Of a stretch of 64,000 bases of DNA, positions 11,101 to 22,276 are shown in pieces; the stretch's first letter is position 1, and the number at the start of each line of letters is the position of its first letter. Source of the stretch: Massalongia carnosa (Eukaryota). The notes below the pieces were generated by a model. It had not been told where the DNA came from and did no database searches. It saw only the letters and a list, made by a program, of their open reading frames with translations. Location of the stretch: contig OZ287069.1 in the NCBI GenBank assembly GCA_965645245.1, positions 1,984,001-2,048,000 on the forward strand, read 5' to 3'. A program made the position numbers and the translations under genes.

Positions 11101-11460
11101 ATGGCACTCGCCTTAGCAGCAAAGGAGGCTACATGGCTACGTTTACTGATGACTAAACTTGGATTGATGACTTCTGATGACGGATCCCCGACAATAAACG
11201 TGTTAAGAGGAGAAGGCACAATTGCATTGAAAGGCGACAACCAAAGCGCCATAGCACTGGCCAATAATCCCGTATTACACTCCAGGACCAAGCATATCGA
11301 CATTCAGCACCACTTTATACGAAACGAGGTGCTAGAAGGAAGAATCGACCTCACCTATGTTCCGACCGAAGACATGTTTGCAGATGGACTGACAAAACCC
11401 CTTACGCACGTCAAGTTCTTCTCCTTTATCAGACAGCTCAACATGGACAAACAGACATGA
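8125..11460 (+). CDS. pol: Copia pol polyprotein (protease, integrase, reverse transcriptase, RNase H), uninterrupted and in frame with gag
   Basis: PR WLLDSAADMH; integrase zinc finger WHARLGH...CHAC; DDE residues in SDLVGP / RTDFGTE / NGVAER; RT KARWVVKG, LYGLKQSPRLW, FVDDL; RNase H YSDSDWAG, STEAEY, GDNQSA, ADGLTK. First ATG at 8137. Confidence 0.97.
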   Translation, partial: VTQVMATRLQKVMTMTNLNKNSWLLDSAADMHVCNHRYSFTDYTSYSTDLAGSTSTGTSPGRGTIHKTLILEDGLPSSILILNNVLYIPQCPVNLVSLGMLNQHDIFYDNSNWRLFMGSTAKVIGHVPRVDNNFMLQTVDTPDMRMHLSKVDEDTYQGLDVTICQISVKSKLTTWHARLGHLNIPTCRKYLKTLDITYDDDINQGWFCHACEMGKAKKIYNRTQQERATELFQKINSDLVGPIKPAGLLEELYFFTFTCDASRYTHVYTGHKKSEWFDHLLTYYSMAQNKSGKAKPISSFRTDFGTELRSHKSDVWFLEQGITFEPAAPYSQEENGVAERMGRTIMDMTRCSVIAGDIPDYLWAEVVLAMVHTKNVRPTNALAGKTPYEIFEKKSPKLDHLRILGSTVYALIHEEERKGLNSKAAKFSPRAQKGILCGYNGSTIYRVFMEKDYKVIRVKDLRIHEDATFKDGTDLPTYDSIMIQNEKDNTLEISPTPSKDQPELNSKISEIPKRRRGRPRKHAHVAQVLSLLSNKALSEPEHIPTLADRDEEDPLILLAKELEIEGAAYLNDYDAFIQSDTAEPQTYHQAMNSKYANEWSLAMDEKIKSLLEKNTWDTLSTESMEPGHIVLSGKWVFKLKRDVNGKIVRFKARWVVKGYLQQYGVDFDQTFASVVKPMAFRLLFALAAHHDLDIEQLDIVTAFLNGFIDQLIYVHMPKGYDTAGMVCRLNKALYGLKQSPRLWYERLSAFLLSKLGLEKHHADHSIFVTSQGIKGPIVTSFVDDLNIIGPKGSPMITEVKKQLKLAFKMVDMGPISYYLGLKVERDRVNKTIKLSQPAYIEKVLERFHMQTAKTTNTPMREGCLFINESQASDKDIKQYQTMVGSIMFAMIETRPDIAFATSVVSRHAKNPGKTHMEAAKHILRYLSGTKNRGITFGGGDLCIQGYSDSDWAGDKEQRKSTSGYVFMLNNGPISWCSKRQTTVALSSTEAEYMALALAAKEATWLRLLMTKLGLMTSDDGSPTINVLRGEGTIALKGDNQSAIALANNPVLHSRTKHIDIQHHFIRNEVLEGRIDLTYVPTEDMFADGLTKPLTHVKFFSFIRQLNMDKQT

Positions 11461-11519
11461 GAGGTTAAGAAGTTCAATCACGGTTGAATCTACGATGGAA
11501 ACAAGTACTGGTAGGACTT

Positions 11520-11528
11520 GAGGGGGGG
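11520..11528 (+). promoter_or_regulatory. Polypurine tract (plus-strand primer)
   Basis: (TT)GAGGGGGGG immediately before the TGTTG of the 3' LTR. Confidence 0.9.
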
Positions 11529-11800
11529 TGTTGAATATCCAATTCCTACCAGCACAATGAACACCTATCAGTTCAATGAACATAGCACCTACGGCTGCCC
11601 TAGATTGACAGATGATCTACGGAAACCGTAGATGCCGCATTAGGCTTAGTCCCAAGATAAGATAAGATCACATCGCTTAGAAGGGTGACCAGTAATAGGA
11701 AAAGATTGCTGCATAGCAACTCTTCATCCTTAACATCACGGTCATACATACCTTTATTATTACATAGCCATATAGCCATAGTCATATACCTATTTCAACA
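11529..11800 (+). repeat. 3' LTR (272 bp)
   Basis: TGTTGAA...TTCAACA with 7-bp terminal inverted repeats, followed by the TSD TCAGG. Confidence 0.97.
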
Positions 11801-12752
11801 TCAGGACGTATCTCGAACGCCAGCTCTCAACCTAATGTTAATACTTCACAGTCAAAGCGTAGATCAATGGTTTGTCATGAAGGGAAAACTCATCCGAAAA
11901 TTGAAATCCTAACGCATATTCGTAACTAGCGAAACGCGTCGATTCTATCTACCTAGATTGCAGGATTGAATCCTGGGTAGCTTAATGCTAAAATCCGGGT
12001 TGAAGGGTCCAAGCTTCAATTCGATCGACCGCACAGTCAACCCTTAGCATTGGTCGTTATTTGGGCCGCCAGATATTTGTCCAAGTCATGAAGCTGATCA
12101 TCGGAACAATTTTGTAGTCAAGCCAGGGTATGGATCAATTAGTTGTATGCCTTAGATGCTATTGGAGCAATCGTTAATCATATATAGCTGCTTCGTCAGA
12201 GGTGGTCAGAAATTATATATTTGGTTAGCTTGCCACTGTGAGCACTTTATAATAAATATCTGAATGGCAAAAACCAGATGGATCCAAAGCCGCCACCATA
12301 GCAATAACAACAGTGAATACGCTTTTAAAGGGTGTCCATCAGATGTGCCGATATTTTCTCCCATAGTCTTGTAAAAGAGAAGCCAATGAAAAAGGCGCCA
12401 TTTTATTCAGCTAAAGGCCGGTCTGACTCTGAGAGGCGAAGGTCAGATGATCCCAATACCGAGGGCGCAAACGGATAATGAAGGAAGGCAATTGAGGGCC
12501 CAGACTGAGCGCAGATAGGATCGTCGTGGTCGCTTTGCAGACCATTGCAGCCAGCTGCAGAATAACGTGGTGTGTACCTACAAACATATTAAGAGCCCAT
12601 CGGACATGAAGCTAGGAACTCCAATGTCCACATCACAGACTTAGAATAATGTTTAAAGCCGCAAGTTGATCAACGTCTACAGGCGTGTTTTTGGAGATCG
12701 AAGAACCATGTCGGAGGAAAGAGACGGGACTAAGCACGAAAGCGATTAGTTA

Positions 12753-13006
12753 CTCCGCATTGGGGCTTGAGCCTGTCAGCGCACTAAGGTAGCCTCGTGA
12801 CGCAAAATTTGGGGCAGATTTAGGAGAGCAACGGGTAAGTCCCGTGTGATTGGTGTTGAGGCTTCCGCGCTAAGATATCCTGTACTAGGTATGTATGAAT
12901 TCAGCACAATGATCGGCCGCACCGAATTGTGGGGTTAGTTTAGACTAGCCAGGTATTTACTCCGTACGGTGTCGTTTCTAATCACTTCGTACACATCTGA
13001 CCCCGC
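12753..13006. promoter_or_regulatory. Candidate CreA/Mig1 sites (SYGGRG) upstream of the hexose transporter
   Basis: CTCCGC 12753-12758 (GCGGAG on minus), GTGGGG 12929-12934 and CCCCGC 13001-13006 (GCGGGG on minus), within about 460 bp of the ATG. The motif is short, so chance matches are possible. Confidence 0.4.
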
Positions 13007-13213
13007 CCTCGGGTTTGTTTGGCTCAAGCTTTTATAATGCCCGAGCCATCTGCTTTTTTCTGTTTCTTCCTCCTTCCTTCCTATCGCATTTCACGTATAA
13101 GCCCAAGCTCAGGCTTAAGCTCGAGCATTCCGCAGGTCTACTCGTGCTATTTCACCTGACCTTCAATCCATCCCATCCATCTCCCTAAACCACTCCTCTG
13201 TTGACTTCCCATC

Positions 13214-14905
13214 ATGCCTGGGGCAATATCGGCTACGGCCGACATGGGCCGTATTGAGGCCCCCGTCACAATGAAGGCCTACTTGATGTGTGCCTTCGCT
13301 GCTTTCGGTGGCATTTTCTTTGGGTACGACTCTGGATACATCAACGGTGTCATGGGCATGAAATACATCATCGAGCATTATGAACACCTGAGTCCAACTT
13401 TGCTGAACGACCCTAAACTTAAAGATAGCTTTGTTCTTGTCGCTTGGAAAAAATCTTTGATCACCTCGATTCTGTCTGCCGGGACCTTCTTTGGCGCAAT
13501 CATCGCTGGAGATCTTGCCGACTTCATTGGCCGGCGGAGCACAATCATCGGGGGATGCTTTGTCTACATGATTGGTGTCATTCTTCAGACTGCTTCCACT
13601 GGACTCGGGCTCTTTGTCGCAGGGCGTCTTATAGCGGGCTTCGGTGTCGGATTCGTGTCCGCTATCATTATTCTGTACATGTCAGAGGTTGCCCCTAAGA
13701 AGGTTCGTGGCGCCATCGTTTCGGCATACCAGTTTTGTATAACAATCGGTATCCTATTGGCCTCGTGTGTCGACTACGCTACGCAAAACCGAAACGACAC
13801 TGGCTCCTATCGTATCCCCATTGCCATCCAAATGACTTGGGCTATAATCCTTGCGACGGGGCTCTTTTTCCTCCCCGATTCTCCGCGTTACTTTATCAAG
13901 AGAGGTAAGCTCGATCAAGCTACCCGCGCATTGAGCAAGCTCCGCGGAGAGCCTGAAGGCTCGGAGTACATCCAACAAGAGCTGGCTGAAATCATCGCCA
14001 ACCATGAATACGAGTTGAAAGTCATTCCTCAAGGAAGCTACTTCAACAGCTGGATGAATTGCTTTTCAGGTTCCTTGTGGAATCCTAGCAGCAACTTACG
14101 CCGCACAATCCTCGGTACATCCTTGCAGATGATGCAACAGTGGACTGGTGTCAACTTCGTTTTTTACTTTGGGACAACCTTTTTCCAAGATCTCCACACT
14201 ATTAGCAATCCCTTCCTCATTGGCTTGATTACTACCCTTGTTAACGTTTGCTCTACCCCAATCTCGTTCTGGACGATTGAGAAGTTAGGTCGTCGCCCGC
14301 TTCTCATATGGGGCGCCTTAGGTATGGTGGTGTGCCAGTTCATTGTGGCAATCGTTGGTGTTAGCTCTGTTGGAAAAGAACCTTCTGCAGTTAAGGCTGA
14401 GATTGCGTTTATTTGCATCTATATTTTCTTCTTCGCATCAACCTGGGGTCCGGGAGCTTGGGTCGTCATTGGGGAGATCTTCCCTCTTCCAATCCGCTCC
14501 CGTGGTGTTGGCCTTTCGACCGCCTCCAACTGGCTATGGAACTGCGTACGCTAATAAACCACAATGTCGCATTATTATTGTTTTTAACGCTAACATATGT
14601 CTCAGATCATTGCCGTCATCACCCCTTACATGGTCGGTAAAGATAAGGGCAACCTGGGAACTAATGTGTTTTGGGTCTGGGGCTCCCTATGCGTTTGTTG
14701 TTTCGTCTATGCATACTTCTTGATCCCTGAAACCAAAGGTCTTTCGCTAGAACAGGTTGATCGGATGATGGAGGAAACCACACCTCGTAACTCCTCTAAA
14801 TGGAGACCCACCACAACTTACGCCGCGGAGATGGGCCTCACGAAAGAGGGCACCCTTGCGCCAGAGATTGTAGATGATGTTTTACGGAAGGGTTCTGCTG
14901 TTTGA
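13214..14905 (+). CDS. MFS sugar porter, MstA-like high-affinity monosaccharide transporter (intron 14546-14605)
   Basis: EAPVTMKAYLMCAFAAFGGIFFGYDSG, DFIGRR, PDSPRY, QQWTGVNFVFYFG, PETKGLSLEQVD; GT...GCTAAC...CAG intron. Confidence 0.95.
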
Positions 14906-17900
14906 AACATCAGCACTGGGATGAAGGCACTTGGCGGTAAATGCTTTTGGGAAGGTCGTGATACCTGGTTAGTTTAGTTCAATATTCGCAAAGCATAATT
15001 GCCCCTTGCGTTTAGCTTTCTAGTGTTGCCATGGTTATACCCCTTGGATTATGTTCCAGGGCCATGTGGCTGGCCAAATATACTGGGAACGTTCGTTTGC
15101 TGCCGTTGCATGCAGAGTACGGTAATATAGTACATGACCTACTCACTAGGCGTTCGGGTTCCCAAAGGCCAGCCATCATGCCATGCGTAATACGACAGGG
15201 TGCTGGTGTACCGATAAACCGCGCACAAAGTTCGTAGGTACGACATGAGGCATGAGGGTAACTCGTTTGGTATGGAGGTAGCACCGTCACATCGTATGGG
15301 CTTTGGTAGTGAATTCTGATGGGAGGACGTTGGAAGAAGAAAGCGGAGACCAACAGGGATGGATAGGCGGGTTACGAGACGATTACCTAAGTGGATTAGA
15401 AGGTGCAAGCAGAAAACAAACAAAACTACACCCCTTAGGCCAGCGCTAATAGGAATCGAACCCTATTATAATAATAAATTGAATTTTCAGGCAACTCAAG
15501 CAGCTGTGGAACATGACGCTTACGGGTTTTATTGCGCAATGCGGGCTCGTACAAGGATGATCATAACCAACACATGGTTTGAGTTGCAACACGACGATGA
15601 GCGGGTAACTCTGTCCATACAGCGTACATAGAGGATACTGCACAATCACGGAAGCGCTGTTAATTTGATTCTTGGCTTTTGCTGACAGTAATACTGACTC
15701 TCTTGCTTTGCCATTTTCATCGTGGCTGACAGACTTGACATCCCGCCGTAATCGTGCTGCTCACTTTCGGAATGGAAGGGGCATTCCTTAGTGCTTACCA
15801 GGTCAATGACGTTATGGGCTCAACGTCGTACTGCATATATGCGCAGGAACGATCGCATCAAACATGTTCATGAATTTTATTTGAAGGCTGACGACAATGA
15901 AAATGACAATAAAAAAAACAGTTCCAAAGAATCATAAAGATTTAACCAATTTATTCTGTAAAAACGAAAGAACACGGTTATTTTCAAAGAAAATCCATGA
16001 CCAATCATTATCTGTTTTATATTTTTGACGAAAGACACGTTGAGCTCATAACGTACTAGTAAGCTGCACGATTATCCTTGTTCCACGGAGCAGGATTCTA
16101 GGCCGCTTGATGCAGTGCAAATTGCCTGAATTCATTTGCGCACAGTAGGTTCGATTCCCGCTAGCGTTGGCCCAATGGTAGGGTGGTAGTTTTGTTTTCT
16201 GTGCATGGTATATGCGCGGGATGTGCACCGAAAGTTCTATGTTGAACTGAACCCCTGTCCAGTATCCCGAAGCTTATGTTGTACCATTCTATTGGGGCCG
16301 CTGCTACTGCCCTTTTCCCAAAAGCTACCAAGGGTTCGTACTGAAGGGCTCCAAAAAACCTCTGCAATCAACCGCAATCACAATATCCCTTAAAGAAGCT
16401 ATTATGGCCCCCATGGCTGTGTGATGAATCTGTTTATCTACAAAACAGCTTTGTCCTGCTAACGGTGCATTCTTTCCGGCACCACTAGAAGGCCAAGATC
16501 CTACCAAGGCTGAATCCATCTCTATTTCTTCGCTTCTTCACTGCAGCTGCAGCCGCGTCAAGTGTCTGTACCTTCTGTACAGAGTACTGCTCTCGCGAAT
16601 GGCAGAAGCCGTGGGAAAGTATCTAAAGCTTCCAGTCATACTAATGTGTTCGGCTTCGAGTCCAATCAACAAGCACATAACGCTACCAGGGAACCCCATG
16701 TATTAGTCAGTCGATATTTGACGCGAGAAGATTTCTACTTCAAAGTCGATAAGGAGAATAAATTATTTTTGGCTGCGCTCTCTGGCGTGCCCTCCCTCCT
16801 TGAGAGCATGACTTCAAAAGATGCACTTGCTTGCATCATCTGCTTCTACAACCCATAGAGAGCAAGCGTCTTACGCCACCTCGGTAAAGCTGAGAGGGAC
16901 GATCCGAGTGCAAGAGAATTGCTAGCGTGGAGGAGTGACGCTACATGGCATGGCCTACTGGAGAGAATGGTTTTATGCCGATGTGGCTGAAAAAGCTTGT
17001 AGAGTAGTTAGTAGGGTATAACTTCATGGACACCAGTGTCGGTCTGGTTCGCCGCTCTTGATGCGATGATGTCCATAGGGGTACGGCCGGCAGTACCATT
17101 CTATTGGAGAAAACAATCCATTTCACGGAAGGAATCGCTCCCTCTTCGAGCTATCCGAGGGCAATACGACGGCTATCAGAAAACCTTGGGGGCAAGATGA
17201 AGGTACATTTCCCTTTCTATATCGGCGCAGCTTCAGGATCCTTGTGACATAGGATAGCTTGAGAAATATTCTGATACGAATAAACCGTTTGTTGGAAGGT
17301 TGTGGTTCTCAAGTGTCTTATCTTTGACTTCTATCTACTCTTACAAGTAGCTATTTCCCTCCTGAGCGGAAAAAAATACATAAAGCTTAGGTAATTGCTA
17401 TTCGCATCTCAATCCGGTACGAGAAATCTCTTCCGTAAACTTTGATATCCGATGGCAAAGACCTGAGCCTGGCCTGGTCGTTTAAAGTTTCATTAGAAAG
17501 AGCTTAGAGAATCCATGCCTAGGAAAACATCCGATTGTGATATATAACGCGCTAAGAGAACACAATGAATAGCCGTTTCTCAGGGCCTCTTGAGAGAAAG
17601 CGCTTTGCCTGAACCGTCGCTACAAACGGGGGATTTTTGGGGAAGTAAAATACCATTGAAAAAGTGACTCGTTGTCCCGATACCCGCTCCTTCGATAAAG
17701 TCCACGAGATTCCTTCTTGGGGAGAGATTATGAAGCGATGAATACTCTATATAGGGACGTTGGATTATTGAAACCTATCTATTATGATATGAGATACTCT
17801 CGAGACAGGATGAGATGAGCAGGCCTATTCCGATAAAATATTTAGGAAATCACGTAGTTTCGAGTGCGGATTGTGCACTCAGATAGTTGTTAAAGACACG

Positions 17901-19701
17901 ACAAGTATCGGGTAGGTTCCTTCGATTCTTTCCAGCCCTTTAGCTGAGCTTGTTTGCGCCCACCATGTCATCAGTCACTTCCTCCTCGCGCTGGTAGGTT
18001 TACAGCCCGTTTCTCTCATCATCCTGCCAGCCTTCATACAACGATCCTTCCTAGGATCAGGCCATAACTCTCCGAGATTTCTCCAGTAATGCTTGTTCTT
18101 GAAGCCCCTTTTCTACTCCGGATAACCATATGCTAGGAACCTACCCTTACTTCCAAAAACGAATCTACAACGTTTTCAACCTCGCGAAGATGCTTATAGT
18201 TTATGTCTGTTACGTTGGTTACCGGTTTCTTCCATGGTCTTGACTTAAAGATGTTTGATAACATTCTTTCGGGATCGAATGCACCTTATAATAAAAGGGA
18301 TATGATGTCTTTAAAAATGCAGCAATAGACTGCTTGTAATATGTAGTAATATTTCCGTAGGTCATTCCCTGCGCAGTAGATATCAGCTTCAGACGCCCAA
18401 GAAATGTTTAGAACAAGACACCGACAAGGCCTTCCTCCAGCCACGCCTTGATTCTCAAATTTACCCTTGGACAGCCAGTAATTTAGGCTGCCACGAAGGA
18501 CAGCGTCCTTATCGACCTCACAATCCGACATAATGGGGAGCATAGGGTTAAAGGGCGCCTTGGATGTGACTAGGTGGAGTTTTGTAAGCAGTTCAGAGCC
18601 TTTTCAGTACGCTAGCGCGTTGCTTGTGAAGCTTACTGTATCGTCTGACATGTAGACGATTGGCTTCCCAATCAATAAAGGATGAGCGAGCGTTACAAGA
18701 AACATCAATAAGAGGAAGGGGGTCGTTCGAGTTATGAAAGTAAAATGCGTAATGAATACAGGCCTTATAGAAACATGAAGAACTCGGAGAACGAATACTT
18801 TTGAGATCATTGGTGCACTAATACTAATATAGTGTTGACGATTTTATGTGGGAAACCCCAATTTATGGCATACAGGACGAGCGTTCTGATCGATAACCTT
18901 AATATAAGCATCATAGTGAAAGCCAGGCCATTGAAAAGCCTGTCCGCTGCCGGCAACGCCTTATATTGGTTGAGATGGATGGAAAAGCTAGGTAGGTAGC
19001 TCGTCGAGTTTCAACGACAGGTGGACATACTTTATGTGCAGCTTTGAAAAGCTATTATCATAATGCATGATAATATACAAAGCGCAAGACCGTTCAATAC
19101 TTCCAAACTTTTAGGAGAACGAGAAGGAGAAACAGTACAGCTGGAAAATAACAGAAAAAGAAGTCGGATTGAATCTAGTTGCGAAGCTAGGCCAGCACGC
19201 TGAGGATGGGGAACAGGTTTTTCACAAGAGAATTTAGTAATAATTTTTGACGAAAGACTTGATGCAGCAGGCCTTCCTGTCATTGCAGAGATTGCTCAAA
19301 GTCTCCCTGCGATTGGTAAGGTACGGAAGGGTTAGAAATGCCTTCAGAACTGATTTTACGCTCCTTCATCTGAGTAATATTTGCGCAGTGATTGTGATCA
19401 ATGTCTAAAGCTGAGCTACTTTTTTGGTATGTTCGACCTCAGACATCCTCCGGGGTATGGATTAAGAGCTTCCTAGCTGTTGATAGGACGAGGATAATGA
19501 GACGCTAGCGATAGGGTCAAGGAGGCCTTTGCCCTAAAATGTCTCGATTTAGCCTAACCAGCAGTCGCTGACTAACTAAGCTAGTTGACGTGGGGATATC
19601 AAACCGGATTTTTTTCGGTGATCAAATGTGTTCATCGAAAATGATATGATGTATGTAACCACAACCCAAAGGAGTGCCTTCGGGTTCGATCAGAATATAT
19701 C

Positions 19702-21658
19702 ATGGCCACAGGTAAGGTACAAACTAGGGCCCAGCGCGGTACCTGCGACTTAGAGGCTTGTGCTAAAATCTGGTTCAGTACGAATATGCGTGTGTGGAGA
19801 CGAGGGGGTGGGAAAGAGTTCTCTTATCACGTCGCTCGTGAAGGATGTATTTGTTACAACTAAGATCCAGCCCGTCCTCCCTCAAATTACCCTGCCACCA
19901 AGCATTGGGACGTCAGAGAACCTCACCACAACAATCATCGATACTTCCGCGTTGCCGCAAGAGCGCCCTATTCTTAATAAGGAAATCCGCAAATCCAATG
20001 TCATTCTGCTGGTATACTCGGATCATTATAGCTATGAGCGAGTTGCGCTTTTTTGGATGCCGCATTTCAGATCCCTGGGCGTCAATGTCCCGGTCGTGCT
20101 GTGCGCAAATAAATCCGACCTAGCGGCAAATGTAAACACAGACCAGGTGGTGGAGGATGAGATGCTGCCCGTCATGGCTGAGTTCAAGGAGCTCGATTCC
20201 TGCATTCGAACTAGCGCTAAAGAGCACCACAACGTCAACGAGGTGTTTTTCTTATGTCAGAAAGCGGTCACGAATCCAATAGCTCCTCTTTTCGATCCCA
20301 AAGAATCAAAGTTGAAGCCAGCCTGTGTCGCCGCGTTGCAGCGAGTTTTCTACCTTTGTGACCAAGACCAAGATGGCTACCTCAGTGATAAGGAAATACA
20401 TGACTTTCAAACCAAATGCTTTGGCAAACCTTTGAGTGATGACGACCTCAAAAATATAAAGCACGCTATTCAAAAGTATTCTGCGGATTCTGTCGGTGAA
20501 AAGGGTATCAATCAAGACGGTTTCGTCCTCCTTAATAAGATATTTGCCGAGAAAGGCCGACACGAAACCATCTGGATCATTCTCCGCACGTTTCATTATA
20601 CTGATAGCCTGAGCCTACGAGACAGCTTCCTGCATCCAAAATTTGAAGTCCCTCCTTACACTTCTGCCGAGCTCTCTCCTGCAGGCTACCGCTTCTTCGT
20701 GGACCTATTCCTCTTATTCGACAAGGACAACGACGGTGGCCTCAACTCATCCGAGCTCACTGCCCTCTTCGCACCAACCCCGGGCCTCCCACCTTCCTGG
20801 CTTGACTCCGCCTTCCCCTCCTCCACTGTGCGCAATGAAGCCGGCCACATCACCCTTCAAGGCTGGCTCGCCCAATGGAGCATGACAACCTTTTTTTCTC
20901 CCTCTACCACCCTCGCCTACCTTGCCTATCTCGGATTCACCCCCCCTGACCCCCGCGCTACCACAACGGCAGCCTTGCACCTGACCAAGTCCCGCAAGCG
21001 TCGAAAACGCCCTACTCGCGTTGAGCGTAATGTGTTCCTGGCTTACATCCTCGGCGCCCCGGGCGCTGGGAAATCCGCCCTCCTCGACGCTTTTCTCTCT
21101 CGGCCCTTCTCGGCCACCTACCATCCGACAATCAAGCCACGCACGGCCGTCAACAGCGTCGAGCTCCCGGGCGGCAGAGAGTGCACGTTAATCCTCGAGG
21201 AGCTCGGCGAGCTGGAGCCGGCCATCTTGGACAATGCCGCCAAGTTGGCCGCGTGCGACATCCTGGTCTACTGCTACGACTCTTCGAACCCCGACTCATT
21301 CGCGCACCTCCCCGCCCTGCGCGCCTCCCATAAACCGGCCCTCGACGACCTGCCGGCGCTGTACGTGGCGCTTAAGGCCGACCGCGACAAAGCGACGCAG
21401 CGCGCCGAAATACAGCCCGAGGAGTACGCCGCAGCGCTGGGCATGAGCAAGCCCCTGCACGTCAGCGTCACGTGGGGAAGCGTGTCGGAGCTATTCGTGC
21501 GCGTTGCCGAGGCAGGCATGTGGCCCGCGACGGCGTTTCCGAAGAGTGAGGACGGTGACGGTGGCCTGGGTCGCACGAGCCTCTACATTACGCTCGGCGC
21601 GGTGGTGTGCGCGGGAGCGGCGGCGCTTGCGATTTGGAGGCGCGTGAGCAAGGATTGA
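19702..21658 (+). CDS. GEM1: Mitochondrial Rho GTPase Miro/Gem1 (intron 19712-19778)
   Basis: [21 protein letters not shown]-loop, EF hands ([24 protein letters not shown]), second GTPase GAPGAGKS, C-terminal transmembrane anchor. Confidence 0.97.
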
Positions 21659-22043
21659 AAGGTGGCTTGGGGTTGTTGTTGGTATATATATATTTTTTTG
21701 GGCGGGGCTTTCTGAACAAACACATAGATCTAAACGCGGGGTTAGGCGTTTACTTTCCCCTTTGGCATGATTGCTATTCTGCATGGGACGGTGGGGATGG
21801 ATATGATACCCAAGGGTTTTTGTACGAGAGCCTACTGCTAGTCGGGGGATAGCTTGTTTGAGCGGAGCGAGAAGTTTCGACTGTGAGGTGTGGAAAGGTG
21901 GCTTTTTTGTGTATGTACCGCTTATGCGCTGGCTGGCGGGAACTCGCCGTGCCTTTGACGGAGGGTATCGCACATTTCCTGATTAAAATTTTAGAGCCCG
22001 CGTGCAGCAGCAGCAGCAGCATTAACATAATAGAACGAGACCA

Positions 22044-22111
22044 AGAACGAGAATGAGAACGAGAATGAGAACGAGAATGAGAACGAGAATGAGAACGAGA
22101 ATGAGAACGAG
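22044..22111. repeat. 12-bp minisatellite (AGAACGAGAATG) x about 5.7 between the convergent GEM1 and APC2 ends
   Basis: Perfect tandem copies read directly from the sequence. Confidence 0.95.
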
Positions 22112-22276
22112 CTTTAAACCGGAATTCGGCTTTCCAGAAAGCAGTTCAGGGATAAGTACACGTCCTAACACGTGCGTAAGAGCAAAGCACACCACCCATC
22201 TCCCTGCAATCGCAATATCTCGTTCACGGACAAAACCCCGGGTATCTTGCAAAAAAGAAAACGTTCGAGAGCTACA

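Larger units (their letters stand above)
5738..11800 (+). mobile_element. Full-length Ty1/copia (Hemivirus/Ty5-type priming) LTR retrotransposon
   Basis: Two 272-bp LTRs, a 5-bp TSD TCAGG (5733-5737 and 11801-11805), PBS, PPT, gag, and pol in copia order PR-IN-RT-RNaseH. Confidence 0.98.

Noticed and set aside
16146..16167. tRNA T-arm-like GTAGGTTCGATTCCCGC
   Set aside because: The stem has a mismatch, and I could not build an acceptor stem, D-arm or anticodon arm upstream.
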